Shown one piece after another: positions 9,419 to 18,431 of a DNA stretch of 64,000 nt. This DNA comes from Armatimonadota bacterium. GTDB taxonomy: Bacteria; Armatimonadota; HRBIN16. A model generated the notes under the pieces. That model was not told where the DNA came from. It searched no databases and saw only the letters and a program-made list of their open reading frames with translations. Location of the stretch: positions 70,317-134,316 of the forward strand of contig BPGU01000004.1 of the NCBI GenBank assembly GCA_026003195.1, read 5' to 3'. How positions within the stretch are numbered: position 1 is the first letter of the stretch; each line of letters starts with the position of its first letter. The translations under genes were made by a program, and so were the position numbers.

Positions 9419-10753
9419 ATGCGCTTTCGAACGATGCTTGTGTCCTGCTTGCTGGTATTTTTGTGCGCTCTTGCCAGCGCACAGCGCAAGTACGATTTCG
9501 TGATGTTACCTGCGGATAGTGACCTCAACGCGAACGTTTCCCTGCAGGCGTTTACCAGTGGCACTTTAATCGGCAATTACGACCCCAATACCAACCCCAC
9601 GGGCACGCGCACTAAACCCGGGTTGTTCGGCAATTTTGGAGCTACAGAAAACGTGCCTGTGCCGGTGGAGGTGAACCCTTTGGTGGAAGGCAACGTGGCT
9701 TCCAAACCGGCAGGCACGTTCAGTATGGTGCTGCACCCTGAAGCGGGGCAGGTTGTGCTGCTCGATTTCTTTTCCGACCTGCTGCACTCCGGCGCGGTCA
9801 GCTTGCCTGCCAGCGCGGAGTTCGCCACCGATGGCTTTCGCACGCGCAATCCCACCTCCACTTACCCCGCCGGGCGGTTCACCGTACCGGTAGGAGAAAT
9901 TCTGGTGACTCAGCTGACCGCCACTCAGGTAGGCGAACCGGCGGTGGGCACGCTCAGCCCGCTGGGCGGTAATCGCTACGCATTCGCCGTTGCGCCGACG
10001 GTGGTGCTGACCGTGCGGGCGGAGCTACAGGGTAGCGTGCTGGAGAGCACCTCTAACCCGAATCCCCTTGCACTGGTCGGCGAGGTGGAGATACAGGGCG
10101 ATGCCGCCACCATCCTCTCGGTGAATGCCATCGACTGGTCGGATGTGGATACGCCGAACCAACCCATCCCGCAGTTCGCGATGGACCTGCCTACCGTTTT
10201 CCCGCCCGGCGACGTCGCACACCTGCTGTTTGACCTTACGCTGAACGAGGTGCGCACGCGCGTAAACGGAACCTACACCATCGCCGCCAGCGGTGTGGCG
10301 AGCTACCGCATGGTGAGCGGTACTGTCATGCTGGGCGACTATACCGCACCGACGGGCGGGTTGAACATCCCGATAGAGATACGCACTCCGGGCGAGACGA
10401 CACCTCTGGAGACGCACGTGGTTGCGCTCAACGATGCGGGCGAATATCAGTTCCAGACCGCGCTGTGGGGCACGTTTGACCTCTCTGCGAAAGGCGTGCA
10501 CTGGCTGAGGCACACAGTTTCAGGCATCTCGCTGGAGAAAAATGCGCAGGTGGACTTCACCTTGACAAACGGCGACATCGACGGCGATAATGAGGTGACG
10601 TTGTTCGATTTCGGTGCGCTGGTTGCCGCCTTCGGCAGCATGCCCGGCGATGCTCACTGGAACTCTGAGGCTGACCTGGACGGCGATGAGGAGGTGACGC
10701 TGTTCGATTTCGGTATCCTGGTGAGAAACTTCGGGGCGATAGGAGACGAGTAG
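9419..10753 (+). CDS. Secreted protein with C-terminal dockerin-like (type I) repeat pair
   Basis: Start at MRFRTMLVSCLLVFLCALASAQ (signal peptide), RBS GGAAAGGAG upstream. C-terminus carries two dockerin-type calcium-binding repeats: DIDGDNEVTLFDFGALVAAFG ... DLDGDEEVTLFDFGILVRNFG. Confidence 0.7.
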   Translation: MRFRTMLVSCLLVFLCALASAQRKYDFVMLPADSDLNANVSLQAFTSGTLIGNYDPNTNPTGTRTKPGLFGNFGATENVPVPVEVNPLVEGNVASKPAGTFSMVLHPEAGQVVLLDFFSDLLHSGAVSLPASAEFATDGFRTRNPTSTYPAGRFTVPVGEILVTQLTATQVGEPAVGTLSPLGGNRYAFAVAPTVVLTVRAELQGSVLESTSNPNPLALVGEVEIQGDAATILSVNAIDWSDVDTPNQPIPQFAMDLPTVFPPGDVAHLLFDLTLNEVRTRVNGTYTIAASGVASYRMVSGTVMLGDYTAPTGGLNIPIEIRTPGETTPLETHVVALNDAGEYQFQTALWGTFDLSAKGVHWLRHTVSGISLEKNAQVDFTLTNGDIDGDNEVTLFDFGALVAAFGSMPGDAHWNSEADLDGDEEVTLFDFGILVRNFGAIGDE

Positions 10754-11053
10754 ATGAGCCAACCCTTGATGACCAGACGTCAGTTCCATCTCGCACTGAT
10801 GACATCTGTAGTAGCTCTGGCTGCGCCCGGCGGAGCGCAGGAACCCTCTACACACTCAGTCGACACCTTGCCGGCAGATGTCGTTAACTCCTGGCTTCCC
10901 GCACCGATGCCTCCTGAGCAGGCGCAGAAGGTGGCGGAAGCGGTAAAATCCATGCAGCAAACGTTAGCAAACCTGCGCGCTTACCCTCTACCCGAAGGCT
11001 CCGAGCCTGCTTTCGTATTCCAACCCCGCCCCCTCAGAAAGGAGAAGCGATGA
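10754..11053 (+). CDS. Small twin-arginine (Tat) signal protein, translationally coupled to amidase
   Basis: 99 aa. Tat motif TRRQFHLAL followed by a hydrophobic h-region and AxA-like site. Its stop overlaps the amidase start (ATGA). Confidence 0.5.
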   Translation: MSQPLMTRRQFHLALMTSVVALAAPGGAQEPSTHSVDTLPADVVNSWLPAPMPPEQAQKVAEAVKSMQQTLANLRAYPLPEGSEPAFVFQPRPLRKEKR

Positions 11054-12450
11054 GCGACGACCTGCTGTTCCTCACCGTCACCGAACAGGCGAAGCTACTC
11101 CAGTCACGCAAAATCTCTTCGGTAGAGCTCACAGAAGCTTACCTGCAGGCTTTGCGCACGCGCGGTACCATCCTGCACGCCGTCGCCGAAATCGCCGAAG
11201 AGGTTGCCATGCAGCAGGCACGACAGGCAGACAGAGAAATCGCTTCAGGTAAGTATCGCGGGGTACTGCATGGTATCCCCTACGGCGCCAAAGACCTCTT
11301 CGCCACGAAAGGCATCCCGACACGCTGGGGGTCGCCCGCTCACCGTGACCAGGTTTTGGACTATGACGCCACCGTCATCGAGCGTCTGCAAAAAGCGGGC
11401 GCAGTACTGGTTGCCAAGCTGGCGATGATCGAGCTGGCGGGCGCAGGGGGTTACGAATTTGCTCATGCCTCGGTGACGGGAGCCTGCCGGAACCCCTGGG
11501 ACACAACACGCTGGGCAGGTGGTTCCTCCAGCGGTTCGGGCGCGGCGGTCGCGGCGGGGGCGGTGAGCTTTGCACTGGGTACAGAAACATGGGGTTCCAT
11601 CACCGTGCCTGCCGCTTTCTGCGGGGTAACCGGACTGCGCCCAACCTACGGACGGGTGAGCCGCTATGGAGCGATGGCGTTATCCTGGACAATGGATAAG
11701 ATAGGCCCGATGGCTCGCAGTGCGGAAGACTGCGCCCACATCTTGCAGGCGATTGCTGGGCACGACCCGCGTGACCCATCGAGCGTGGACATGCCTTTCC
11801 GCTATCGCTTCTCCACGTGGCGCAACCACCGTTTCCGCATCGGCTTGCTGCCGGTGGACTTCGCGAAGAACAACGCACCTGATGCCGAACGGTGCTTTAT
11901 GGCGGCTCTGGAGGTGTTCAGGAAGCGTCGAGCGGAGTTTGTGGAAGTGAACCTGCCCGACCTGCCCTATAACGAGGCGGCGGAGGTTATTATCGTGGCG
12001 GAAGGCTCCTCTGCATTTGAGAACCTCATCCGCAGTGGTAAGGTGAACGAGCTGGCAGACCAGTCGCAGGTAACAGGCTTGCTCTCGGGGCTGGCACTCT
12101 CGGCGGTGGACTACCTGCGGGCGATGCGTGTTCGCGCCGAAGCCTCTCGTGCGGTAGCGGAGGTGTTTGAACAGTGTGACGTGCTGATGGCGCCAACCCT
12201 GCTGCAGAGTGCGCCGCCGGTCGATCGCAGTCTGAACGAGACATGGGTGAACATGGGTGGCAACGGCGGTTTCGCTAACCTGACAGGCTTGCCGTCGGTC
12301 TCCGTGCCGATGGGTTTCACTGCCAGCGGGTTGCCTCTGGGGCTGGAGATGATCGGCGCACCGTACGAGGAAGCGAAAATGCTGGCTCTGGCGCAGGTTT
12401 TCCAGCAGGAGACGGACTGGCATCGGAGGCGTCCACGTGCTCTGGGCTAA
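11050..12450 (+). CDS. Amidase (amidase-signature family)
   Basis: 466 aa. Amidase-signature Gly/Ser-rich motif GGSSSGSGAAVAAGAVSFALGTETWGSI with the catalytic Ser-cisSer-Lys context. No signal peptide of its own. Confidence 0.85.
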   Translation: MSDDLLFLTVTEQAKLLQSRKISSVELTEAYLQALRTRGTILHAVAEIAEEVAMQQARQADREIASGKYRGVLHGIPYGAKDLFATKGIPTRWGSPAHRDQVLDYDATVIERLQKAGAVLVAKLAMIELAGAGGYEFAHASVTGACRNPWDTTRWAGGSSSGSGAAVAAGAVSFALGTETWGSITVPAAFCGVTGLRPTYGRVSRYGAMALSWTMDKIGPMARSAEDCAHILQAIAGHDPRDPSSVDMPFRYRFSTWRNHRFRIGLLPVDFAKNNAPDAERCFMAALEVFRKRRAEFVEVNLPDLPYNEAAEVIIVAEGSSAFENLIRSGKVNELADQSQVTGLLSGLALSAVDYLRAMRVRAEASRAVAEVFEQCDVLMAPTLLQSAPPVDRSLNETWVNMGGNGGFANLTGLPSVSVPMGFTASGLPLGLEMIGAPYEEAKMLALAQVFQQETDWHRRRPRALG

Positions 12451-12503
12451 AAGCAGGCATTGTATCTCGCCTCGCTATGGGTTTCTTTCCTTTAGAGTAT
12501 ACT

Positions 12504-13499
12504 CTACACCGTCACCGTCAGTCCTTCTTCGGGTATCCACTGACGCAGGTAGTCGGCGTTGCGCTTCAGATCGTCCAGAATAACATCCTCGCGCTTGGTG
12601 GAGCCGGGGATGATTTCACAGATCAGATAGATGTTCTGTGGCAGGGGTAGCCACTCTGCCCACGGCTGCTCATCGCGCCAACGCAGGCTCTCGGCGATGG
12701 CATCCAGCACCTTCGGTATCTCGATATGCCCCTTCGCGTTGTATTCAGGGGTGAAGGGCCAGTGTGCGCTGGCGTCGGGCGTGGTCTGCTGCAGGTGTAT
12801 CACCTCCGCCGCCGTGCCGAAGCGGCGCAGCCATTCGGTGTAGTCCAGGTCGGCACCGCTCAAGCCGTAGTGCATCCCGGCGCAGTGCCCCACGTCCAGC
12901 GTCAGATAAACGGGTATGCCCTTGCGCTCACGGTTCACTTCCACCAGAAAGCGTTCCGCTTCGGCTAAGGTCCAGGGCGATTCGCTGGGGATGTACATCT
13001 GCTCCTGATACAGCGCGCGGATACCCTTCTGCGCCAGCGCTTCGGAGAGTTCGCGGAAGATGGCGTACTGTCGGTGCAATGCCTCTTCGTGGCGCGCGGG
13101 GTCGGAGAGTACCTCCACCGAGAAAGCGTCCCAGTGACCGCCGATAGCATCCACCCCCATCGCGCTGGCGATGTCGGCGCACTCGATAATCCACTCTTTC
13201 ATACGCTGGCGCACGCGCGGGTCGGAATGACTCAAACCGTGAAATCGGTGCGTGGCAACGCCGGTGTAGATGTCGTTGATGAACACACCGTACTTCTGCG
13301 CCGCTTCGCGGGTCGCGTGGGCTGTCTCTATTTGATACTCTTTGTCGCCGGAGAAGAAGGGGTCCAACACATCTGCACAAAACGAATGCACCCGATAACC
13401 GCATTCGCGGGTCAGGCGCATCCAGTTTTCGGGTTCCTCCCATCGGCGCGTGAGAAATGCGCCATTGATGCCCAACCATAGCTTGACGCTCTTGCTCAT
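12504..13499 (-). CDS. Sugar phosphate isomerase/epimerase (xylose-isomerase-like TIM barrel)
   Basis: 331 aa. Family-level similarity pattern (LGINGAFL..., metal-binding His/Asp/Glu pattern of AP-endonuclease-2 / xylose-isomerase-like TIM barrels). Confidence 0.65.
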   Translation of the reverse strand: MSKSVKLWLGINGAFLTRRWEEPENWMRLTRECGYRVHSFCADVLDPFFSGDKEYQIETAHATREAAQKYGVFINDIYTGVATHRFHGLSHSDPRVRQRMKEWIIECADIASAMGVDAIGGHWDAFSVEVLSDPARHEEALHRQYAIFRELSEALAQKGIRALYQEQMYIPSESPWTLAEAERFLVEVNRERKGIPVYLTLDVGHCAGMHYGLSGADLDYTEWLRRFGTAAEVIHLQQTTPDASAHWPFTPEYNAKGHIEIPKVLDAIAESLRWRDEQPWAEWLPLPQNIYLICEIIPGSTKREDVILDDLKRNADYLRQWIPEEGLTVTV

Positions 13500-13834
13500 G
13501 CTTCCTCCTCAAACGGTTGCCAGCGACAGGATGTCATATCTACCCGTCCGTCCTCGTGGAACCGTACACCCTCTTGCTGCAGCAGGTGACGTTGCAGAGC
13601 CGCCATGCGCGGGTCGCGTTTGGCAATCAGCAGGTCGCCCTCTTTGCCGACCACGCGCCACCAGGGAACACTGTCAGGAGCGTGGTACATCACCCTCCCC
13701 ACGATGCGTGCAGAGAGAGGTGGTACCATCCAGTCGCCCACCTGCCCGTACGACATCACCCTGCCAGCAGGAATCTGCCGCACCAGGTCATATACCTCTT
13801 GCATCAGGTTTGCGCCGATTCGCTGGCGTAACAT
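13496..13834 (-). CDS. MGMT-family DNA-binding protein (alkyltransferase-like, Atl-type)
   Basis: Ogt/MGMT C-terminal DNA-binding-domain pattern (VYDLVRQIPAGRVMSYGQVG...). The active-site PCHRV is replaced by PWWRVV, as in Atl proteins. The ORF is GTG-extended to 13975; I placed the start at an internal Met, which is uncertain. Confidence 0.45.
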   Translation of the reverse strand: MLRQRIGANLMQEVYDLVRQIPAGRVMSYGQVGDWMVPPLSARIVGRVMYHAPDSVPWWRVVGKEGDLLIAKRDPRMAALQRHLLQQEGVRFHEDGRVDMTSCRWQPFEEEA

Positions 13835-14067
13835 TTTCTGGGTTACTGCAGTCTGTATGATGGACGGACGGCAGCACATTTCGCTGTAGAAACAGCGTAT
13901 TCCTGCCATGATGAGTACAGGGCAGGAAGGAGGGAGGTCTTTTCGTGGTGGACAGGCTGTTTCGGGGCAAAACACAAGCGACGCTTTGGCGCGAAGCTCT
14001 CTCTACGACTCTGTTCTTGTGGAAGACAAGCACCGATTTCGCGCGCTCTGCAGGAAAGGGAGGCAGA

Positions 14068-14994
14068 ATGTCGGCTCTTCTGCGCATAATGCTCTGGACG
14101 GCGATGGTGTTGCTGGTGCATGTGGCGGCTGTGGCTCAGCAGGCACCGGTTCAGACGACGCCGCAGCTGTTCCGCTACCGTTTTGAGCCGGGCACTCCAG
14201 CAAAGTATCGGGTGAGCGCACAGATGTCGGGCACTTTGCCGTTGTTCGGTGGCTTGCCGGTAGAAAAGGTGCTGCTGGATATGACGGTAGTGTTGAAGGC
14301 GCGTCAGGTGCGTCCCGACGGCAACGTGGAACTGGGTATTGATGTGGAGACGTTCAAAGCGGAGATGGACGGGCAAGCGTTGCCGTTGCCGGTAGACCGT
14401 CTGCGTGCCAGTGTGCGCGACCTGGTGTTTGTGGTCACTCCACAGGGCGAGATCGTGGAGCGGAAAGGGGGAGGCGCAATGCCTTTCAGTATACCCATTC
14501 CGGGCATAGAAGCGAGCCAGCTGCCCTTGCTGGTGCTTCAACTGGTGTTTCCTCGCGAACCCCTCTCCAGAGAGCAGGAATGGAGCTATACTCGCGCCAT
14601 GACCACCCTCCCTAACGACACTCCTGCCCAGTTCACGGCACGATGGCTCAAAGAGGAGGCGGTGCACCATCTGGACGCCTCGCTGTTTCATCAGAAGATG
14701 CACTGGAGCCGCTCGTTCAAAGCGGACGTCTTTGACCTGCCTACCACCGACGAGAGCCTGATGGTCAAACAGATAGAACAGACCGTCAACGGCGAGGCGC
14801 AGATATGGTTCAGCCGCGCCGACGGCAGGCTGGTCAAAGCGGTGCTGGATGCACAATATGAGCAGCGGGCTCGCCTGCTGAATCCCGGCGAAACCGCCTC
14901 ACAACCCGCTCCGGCACGATTAACAGCCAGAGTGCAAATCACCCGCGAGGAACTGCTTTCTCGCGAGCAGCAAAACGGACAAACCGAAAGATAG
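14068..14994 (+). CDS. Secreted hypothetical protein, paralog of the next gene
   Basis: Start at MSALLRIMLWTAMVLLVHVAAVAQQ (signal peptide) with RBS AGGAAAGGGAGG; the longer ORF from 13945 is rejected. Shares sequence pattern with the 15010 product (Y+hRF/+hF..G..Y+h...G; ...DG.hEL.h.h.TF+.EM.GQ). Confidence 0.6.
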   Translation: MSALLRIMLWTAMVLLVHVAAVAQQAPVQTTPQLFRYRFEPGTPAKYRVSAQMSGTLPLFGGLPVEKVLLDMTVVLKARQVRPDGNVELGIDVETFKAEMDGQALPLPVDRLRASVRDLVFVVTPQGEIVERKGGGAMPFSIPIPGIEASQLPLLVLQLVFPREPLSREQEWSYTRAMTTLPNDTPAQFTARWLKEEAVHHLDASLFHQKMHWSRSFKADVFDLPTTDESLMVKQIEQTVNGEAQIWFSRADGRLVKAVLDAQYEQRARLLNPGETASQPAPARLTARVQITREELLSREQQNGQTER

Positions 14995-15009
14995 AAAGGG
15001 GTACGACAC

Positions 15010-15885
15010 ATGAGGTTCATGACACGATTTTTGACAGCGATGGCAGTTGTCACTTTGCTTACGGTAACAGTATTGCCTGCACTGGCGCAAGAGGGCTACA
15101 AACTGCGCCACGTCTTCAAGGTCAACGACATCCGCCGTTACAAGATGGTCATGGATATGAACGGCGAGATGCAGATGGGCGAGAACTCCATGCCCCAGAA
15201 CATGCAGATGGTGATGACCTATCGCGAAAAGGTAGCGGGCATCAAGGACGGCAAGGCGACCGTCCACACTACCTTCGAAGGAACGAAGATGTACATGAAC
15301 GGTCAGGAGTTCGTCTCGCCGATGGCTCCCGACATGAACAACATGGTCATCACCACAGTGATCGACGACCGCAACAAAGTGTATGAAATCAAGGGGCTGG
15401 AAAAGGTATCTATGGGCGCGCCCGGTATGGGCATCCTGAACATCGTCACGGTGTTCAATCCGCGTGCTGAGTTTCCCGAAGGAGAGATTAAAGTAGGCGA
15501 CTCGTGGGAGACCAAGGTGTACATTCCCAACGCGGGCGACCTGAAGATCACGGCCAAACAAACCTTTGTGAGCGTGGAGAAGGTCGGAGAGGTGGAAGCT
15601 GCCCGCATCAAGACCGAGTTCGAAATACCTTCTGAGAAGCTGATGGCAGCAATGGCAGGGCAATCTCCTGCGGGCGTCCCTCCCATGACGGGGACCTCCA
15701 AGATGGTGTCATACACCTACTTCGATCTTGCCACCGGCAACATTCTGAAGATGGATGGCGACATGGTCATGAGCATGCAGATGCTGGGCGGTGCGAACCG
15801 GCAGATGCCGCAGAACATGCAAATGAACATGACCGCCAAGATATCGCTGATGCAGGTGAAAGAGGAGAAGCCAGCGGGGAAATAA
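15010..15885 (+). CDS. Secreted Met/Gln-rich hypothetical protein
   Basis: 291 aa with signal peptide MRFMTRFLTAMAVVTLLTVTVLPALAQ. Multiple MxM/MQM motifs (MQMGENSMPQNMQMVM; MSMQMLGGANRQMPQNMQMNM). Confidence 0.6.
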   Translation: MRFMTRFLTAMAVVTLLTVTVLPALAQEGYKLRHVFKVNDIRRYKMVMDMNGEMQMGENSMPQNMQMVMTYREKVAGIKDGKATVHTTFEGTKMYMNGQEFVSPMAPDMNNMVITTVIDDRNKVYEIKGLEKVSMGAPGMGILNIVTVFNPRAEFPEGEIKVGDSWETKVYIPNAGDLKITAKQTFVSVEKVGEVEAARIKTEFEIPSEKLMAAMAGQSPAGVPPMTGTSKMVSYTYFDLATGNILKMDGDMVMSMQMLGGANRQMPQNMQMNMTAKISLMQVKEEKPAGK

Positions 15886-15996
15886 GCCACATCTTCATCA
15901 GGGGGATTGCTTCGGCACCTCCTGCCATGCAACGTCATGGCAAGGCAGCGTAGCAACCGAAGCAATCTCCCAGTGCATCTTTATGCTGGATAAAAA

Positions 15997-16914
15997 ATGC
16001 CTCACCTTATCACACTCCGCACCGTCGCGATGGGCTGCGACTTCGAAGTATTCGCCTTCGGAGAAGAGAGAGGGCTATTGCGCTCCGCTGCAGAGGCGGC
16101 TGTCGAGGAGATAGAGCGCATCGAGCAGCTGCTCAGCCACTATCTCCCCGAGAGTGAAATCAGCTACCTCAATGCCCACGCCGCCATCGAGCCAGTGCGT
16201 GTACATCCCGAAGTGTTCGCTCTGATAGAGCGCGCGCTACGCCTTTCCGAAGAGACACAGGGAGCGTTCGACATTACCGTGATGCCGTTGATACAGTGCT
16301 GGGGGTTCTTCGCGGGTGTTGGGCAGATACCGGATGCTCAAACTGTGGCGCAGGCTGTGGAACGGGTGGGGTCTTCGCGTCTCCTTTTGAATACGGAGAA
16401 TCTGACTGTTGCCTTTGACCGCGAGGGCGTACAGGTGCATCTGGGCGCTATCGGCAAGGGATATGCGGTGGACAAGGCGATAGAAGTGTTGCGTGACGCC
16501 GGTGTGGAAGCGGCGATGGTGCACGGTGGACATAGCAGTGTGCGGGCGTACGGAACCCCTCCCGATACGGGAGGCTGGCAGATAAACCTCCCCCATCCCC
16601 TGTATCCTGAACGTAGCCTTGCCCACTTACTGCTGCGCAATCGGGCAATATCCACCTCATCAGCAACCGAGCAGTACTTCGAGCGCGGCGGGCGGCGGTA
16701 TGGGCATATTCTGGACCCCCGCACGGGCTTGCCAGTGGAAAACAACCTGCTCTGTGTGAGCGTGCTCGCGGATGAGGCAGCGGTGACCGATGCGCTCTCG
16801 ACCGCCTTCTTCGTGCTGGGTGAAAGAGGGGTTCGGGAATACGTTGCCTCGCATGCGGGGGTGCAGGTAGCTCTACTGCGACAGGATGGCGAGCAGATCG
16901 AGTGGATAGGCTGA
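15997..16914 (+). CDS. apbE: FAD:protein FMN transferase (ApbE family)
   Basis: 305 aa. ApbE signature GAIGKGYAVD and Mg/FAD-binding C-terminal region. Confidence 0.85.
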   Translation: MPHLITLRTVAMGCDFEVFAFGEERGLLRSAAEAAVEEIERIEQLLSHYLPESEISYLNAHAAIEPVRVHPEVFALIERALRLSEETQGAFDITVMPLIQCWGFFAGVGQIPDAQTVAQAVERVGSSRLLLNTENLTVAFDREGVQVHLGAIGKGYAVDKAIEVLRDAGVEAAMVHGGHSSVRAYGTPPDTGGWQINLPHPLYPERSLAHLLLRNRAISTSSATEQYFERGGRRYGHILDPRTGLPVENNLLCVSVLADEAAVTDALSTAFFVLGERGVREYVASHAGVQVALLRQDGEQIEWIG

Positions 16915-17028
16915 GGTGCTTTGGGCAGGAGAACATCCCCAGATTTGTGAAGTATAATGTGTACGGCGAAGATATTCGCCGACAACATTGGCTGCGGTTC
17001 TGAAGCGGTTTGAGGAGGTTGAGGTTTC

Positions 17029-18387
17029 ATGTTCAAAGACAAGCATATTCAGGTATCCCGGCGCGAGTTTTTGCGCGACTCGGCATGGGCTGCTGCCGCT
17101 GCCGCCTTCGCAGCAGCATTTCAGGAGAGACTGGAGGCGCAACAGAAAAAGGGCCAGCCTGCCAGGACACAACCAGCAAAGCCAGCGACGCAACAAGCAA
17201 AACCCACGCCACAACCCGCCCGCAACCTGCCCCCGGTGAACATCGGTTTTATCGGCACGGGCACACAGGGGCAAACGCTGCTGCAACGCCTTGTGCGTAT
17301 CCCCGGTGTGCGCGTGCTGGCGGTGTGCGACATCTATCCACCGCATCTGTCGCGAGGGTTGCGTATGGCGGGTGCGCAGGCAAAAGGCTACGAGGACTAT
17401 CGGCAGGTTCTGGACAGAAAAGACATTGATGCGGTCATTATCGCAACGCCCCTATACCTGCACGCCCCCATGAGCATCGACGCCCTGCAGGCAGGCAAAC
17501 ATGTGTTCTGTGAAAAGACGATGGCTTATTCCGTGGAGGATGCGCGACGCATGGTGCAGGTCTCCCGTGAGACGGGCAAGCATCTGCAAATCGGACACCA
17601 GCGCCACTACAGCCCCATCTACGCGCACGCTCGCGAGATGATGGTGGAGCAAGAGGTTATCGGCAAGCTGGTACATGTGCGCGCATGGTGGCATCGCAAT
17701 AACTCGTGGCGGCGCCCCGTGCCCGATAAAAAGTACGAGGAGCTGCTGAACTGGAGGCTCTACCGCAAGTACTCACAGGGGCTGATGGCGGAGCTCGCCA
17801 GCCACCAGATAGACGTGGTCAACTGGTTTACCGGTGCAACGCCCATTTCGGTGATGGGCATGGGTGGAATCGACTACTGGAAGGACGAGCGTGAGGTATG
17901 GGATAACGTGGAGGTTATCTACGAATATCCCGACGGCGTGAAGGTCGTTTACACCTCTATCCTGTCTAACCAGTACGATGGCTATGCCGAGCAGTTCATG
18001 GGCGACAAAGGCACGTTGCTGCTCACGAACGAGAAGGACGGCTTCCTGTTCAAAGAGCCCACCGCGGAAGAACTCGGCTGGGAAGCACACGCCAAGAAAG
18101 CCGCAGGCAAGGGAGGCACCACCGGTCTGGTGCTGGATGTCACTGCCACCAAGAAGAGAGGCACTGGGGCGGTTATCGGTGGGCAGAAGATGGCGGCGGG
18201 CTATGAGCTGAAGGATGCCTACACTCTGGAGCTGGAAAGCTTCGTCAACGACGTGGTACGCAACGGGCAAAAACCGCTGTGCGACGCGGAAGTAGGTTTC
18301 AAAACAGCGGTCGCCGTGCTGATGGCAAACAAAGCCATCGAGGAGGGCACAAAGGTGACCTTTACACCCGACATGTTCCAGGTGTAA
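17029..18387 (+). CDS. Tat-secreted Gfo/Idh/MocA family oxidoreductase
   Basis: Twin-arginine signal SRREFLRDSAWAAAAAAFAAA. Rossmann motif NIGFIGTGTQGQ and GFO_IDH_MocA C-terminal domain. Confidence 0.85.
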   Translation: MFKDKHIQVSRREFLRDSAWAAAAAAFAAAFQERLEAQQKKGQPARTQPAKPATQQAKPTPQPARNLPPVNIGFIGTGTQGQTLLQRLVRIPGVRVLAVCDIYPPHLSRGLRMAGAQAKGYEDYRQVLDRKDIDAVIIATPLYLHAPMSIDALQAGKHVFCEKTMAYSVEDARRMVQVSRETGKHLQIGHQRHYSPIYAHAREMMVEQEVIGKLVHVRAWWHRNNSWRRPVPDKKYEELLNWRLYRKYSQGLMAELASHQIDVVNWFTGATPISVMGMGGIDYWKDEREVWDNVEVIYEYPDGVKVVYTSILSNQYDGYAEQFMGDKGTLLLTNEKDGFLFKEPTAEELGWEAHAKKAAGKGGTTGLVLDVTATKKRGTGAVIGGQKMAAGYELKDAYTLELESFVNDVVRNGQKPLCDAEVGFKTAVAVLMANKAIEEGTKVTFTPDMFQV

Positions 18388-18392
18388 CCGCA

Positions 18393-18427
18393 GGGGCAGG
18401 GGCAGAGCTCTGCCCGCCCCTTTCTCA
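18393..18427. terminator. GC-rich palindromic hairpin between convergent genes (putative bidirectional terminator)
   Basis: GGGCAGAGCTCTGCCC perfect palindrome, followed by CCCCTTTCTC. Confidence 0.45.
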
Positions 18428-18431
18428 CTGC

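Noticed and set aside
13945-14067. N-terminal 41-codon extension of the secreted-protein ORF
   Set aside because: The signal peptide and a strong SD start at the internal Met at 14068. The extension would bury the signal peptide.
13843-14856. 337-aa minus-strand ORF rich in His/Arg/Gln
   Set aside because: Antisense to a well-supported secreted-protein gene (14068–14994) that has a good RBS and signal peptide. Its composition is typical of GC-rich antisense frames.
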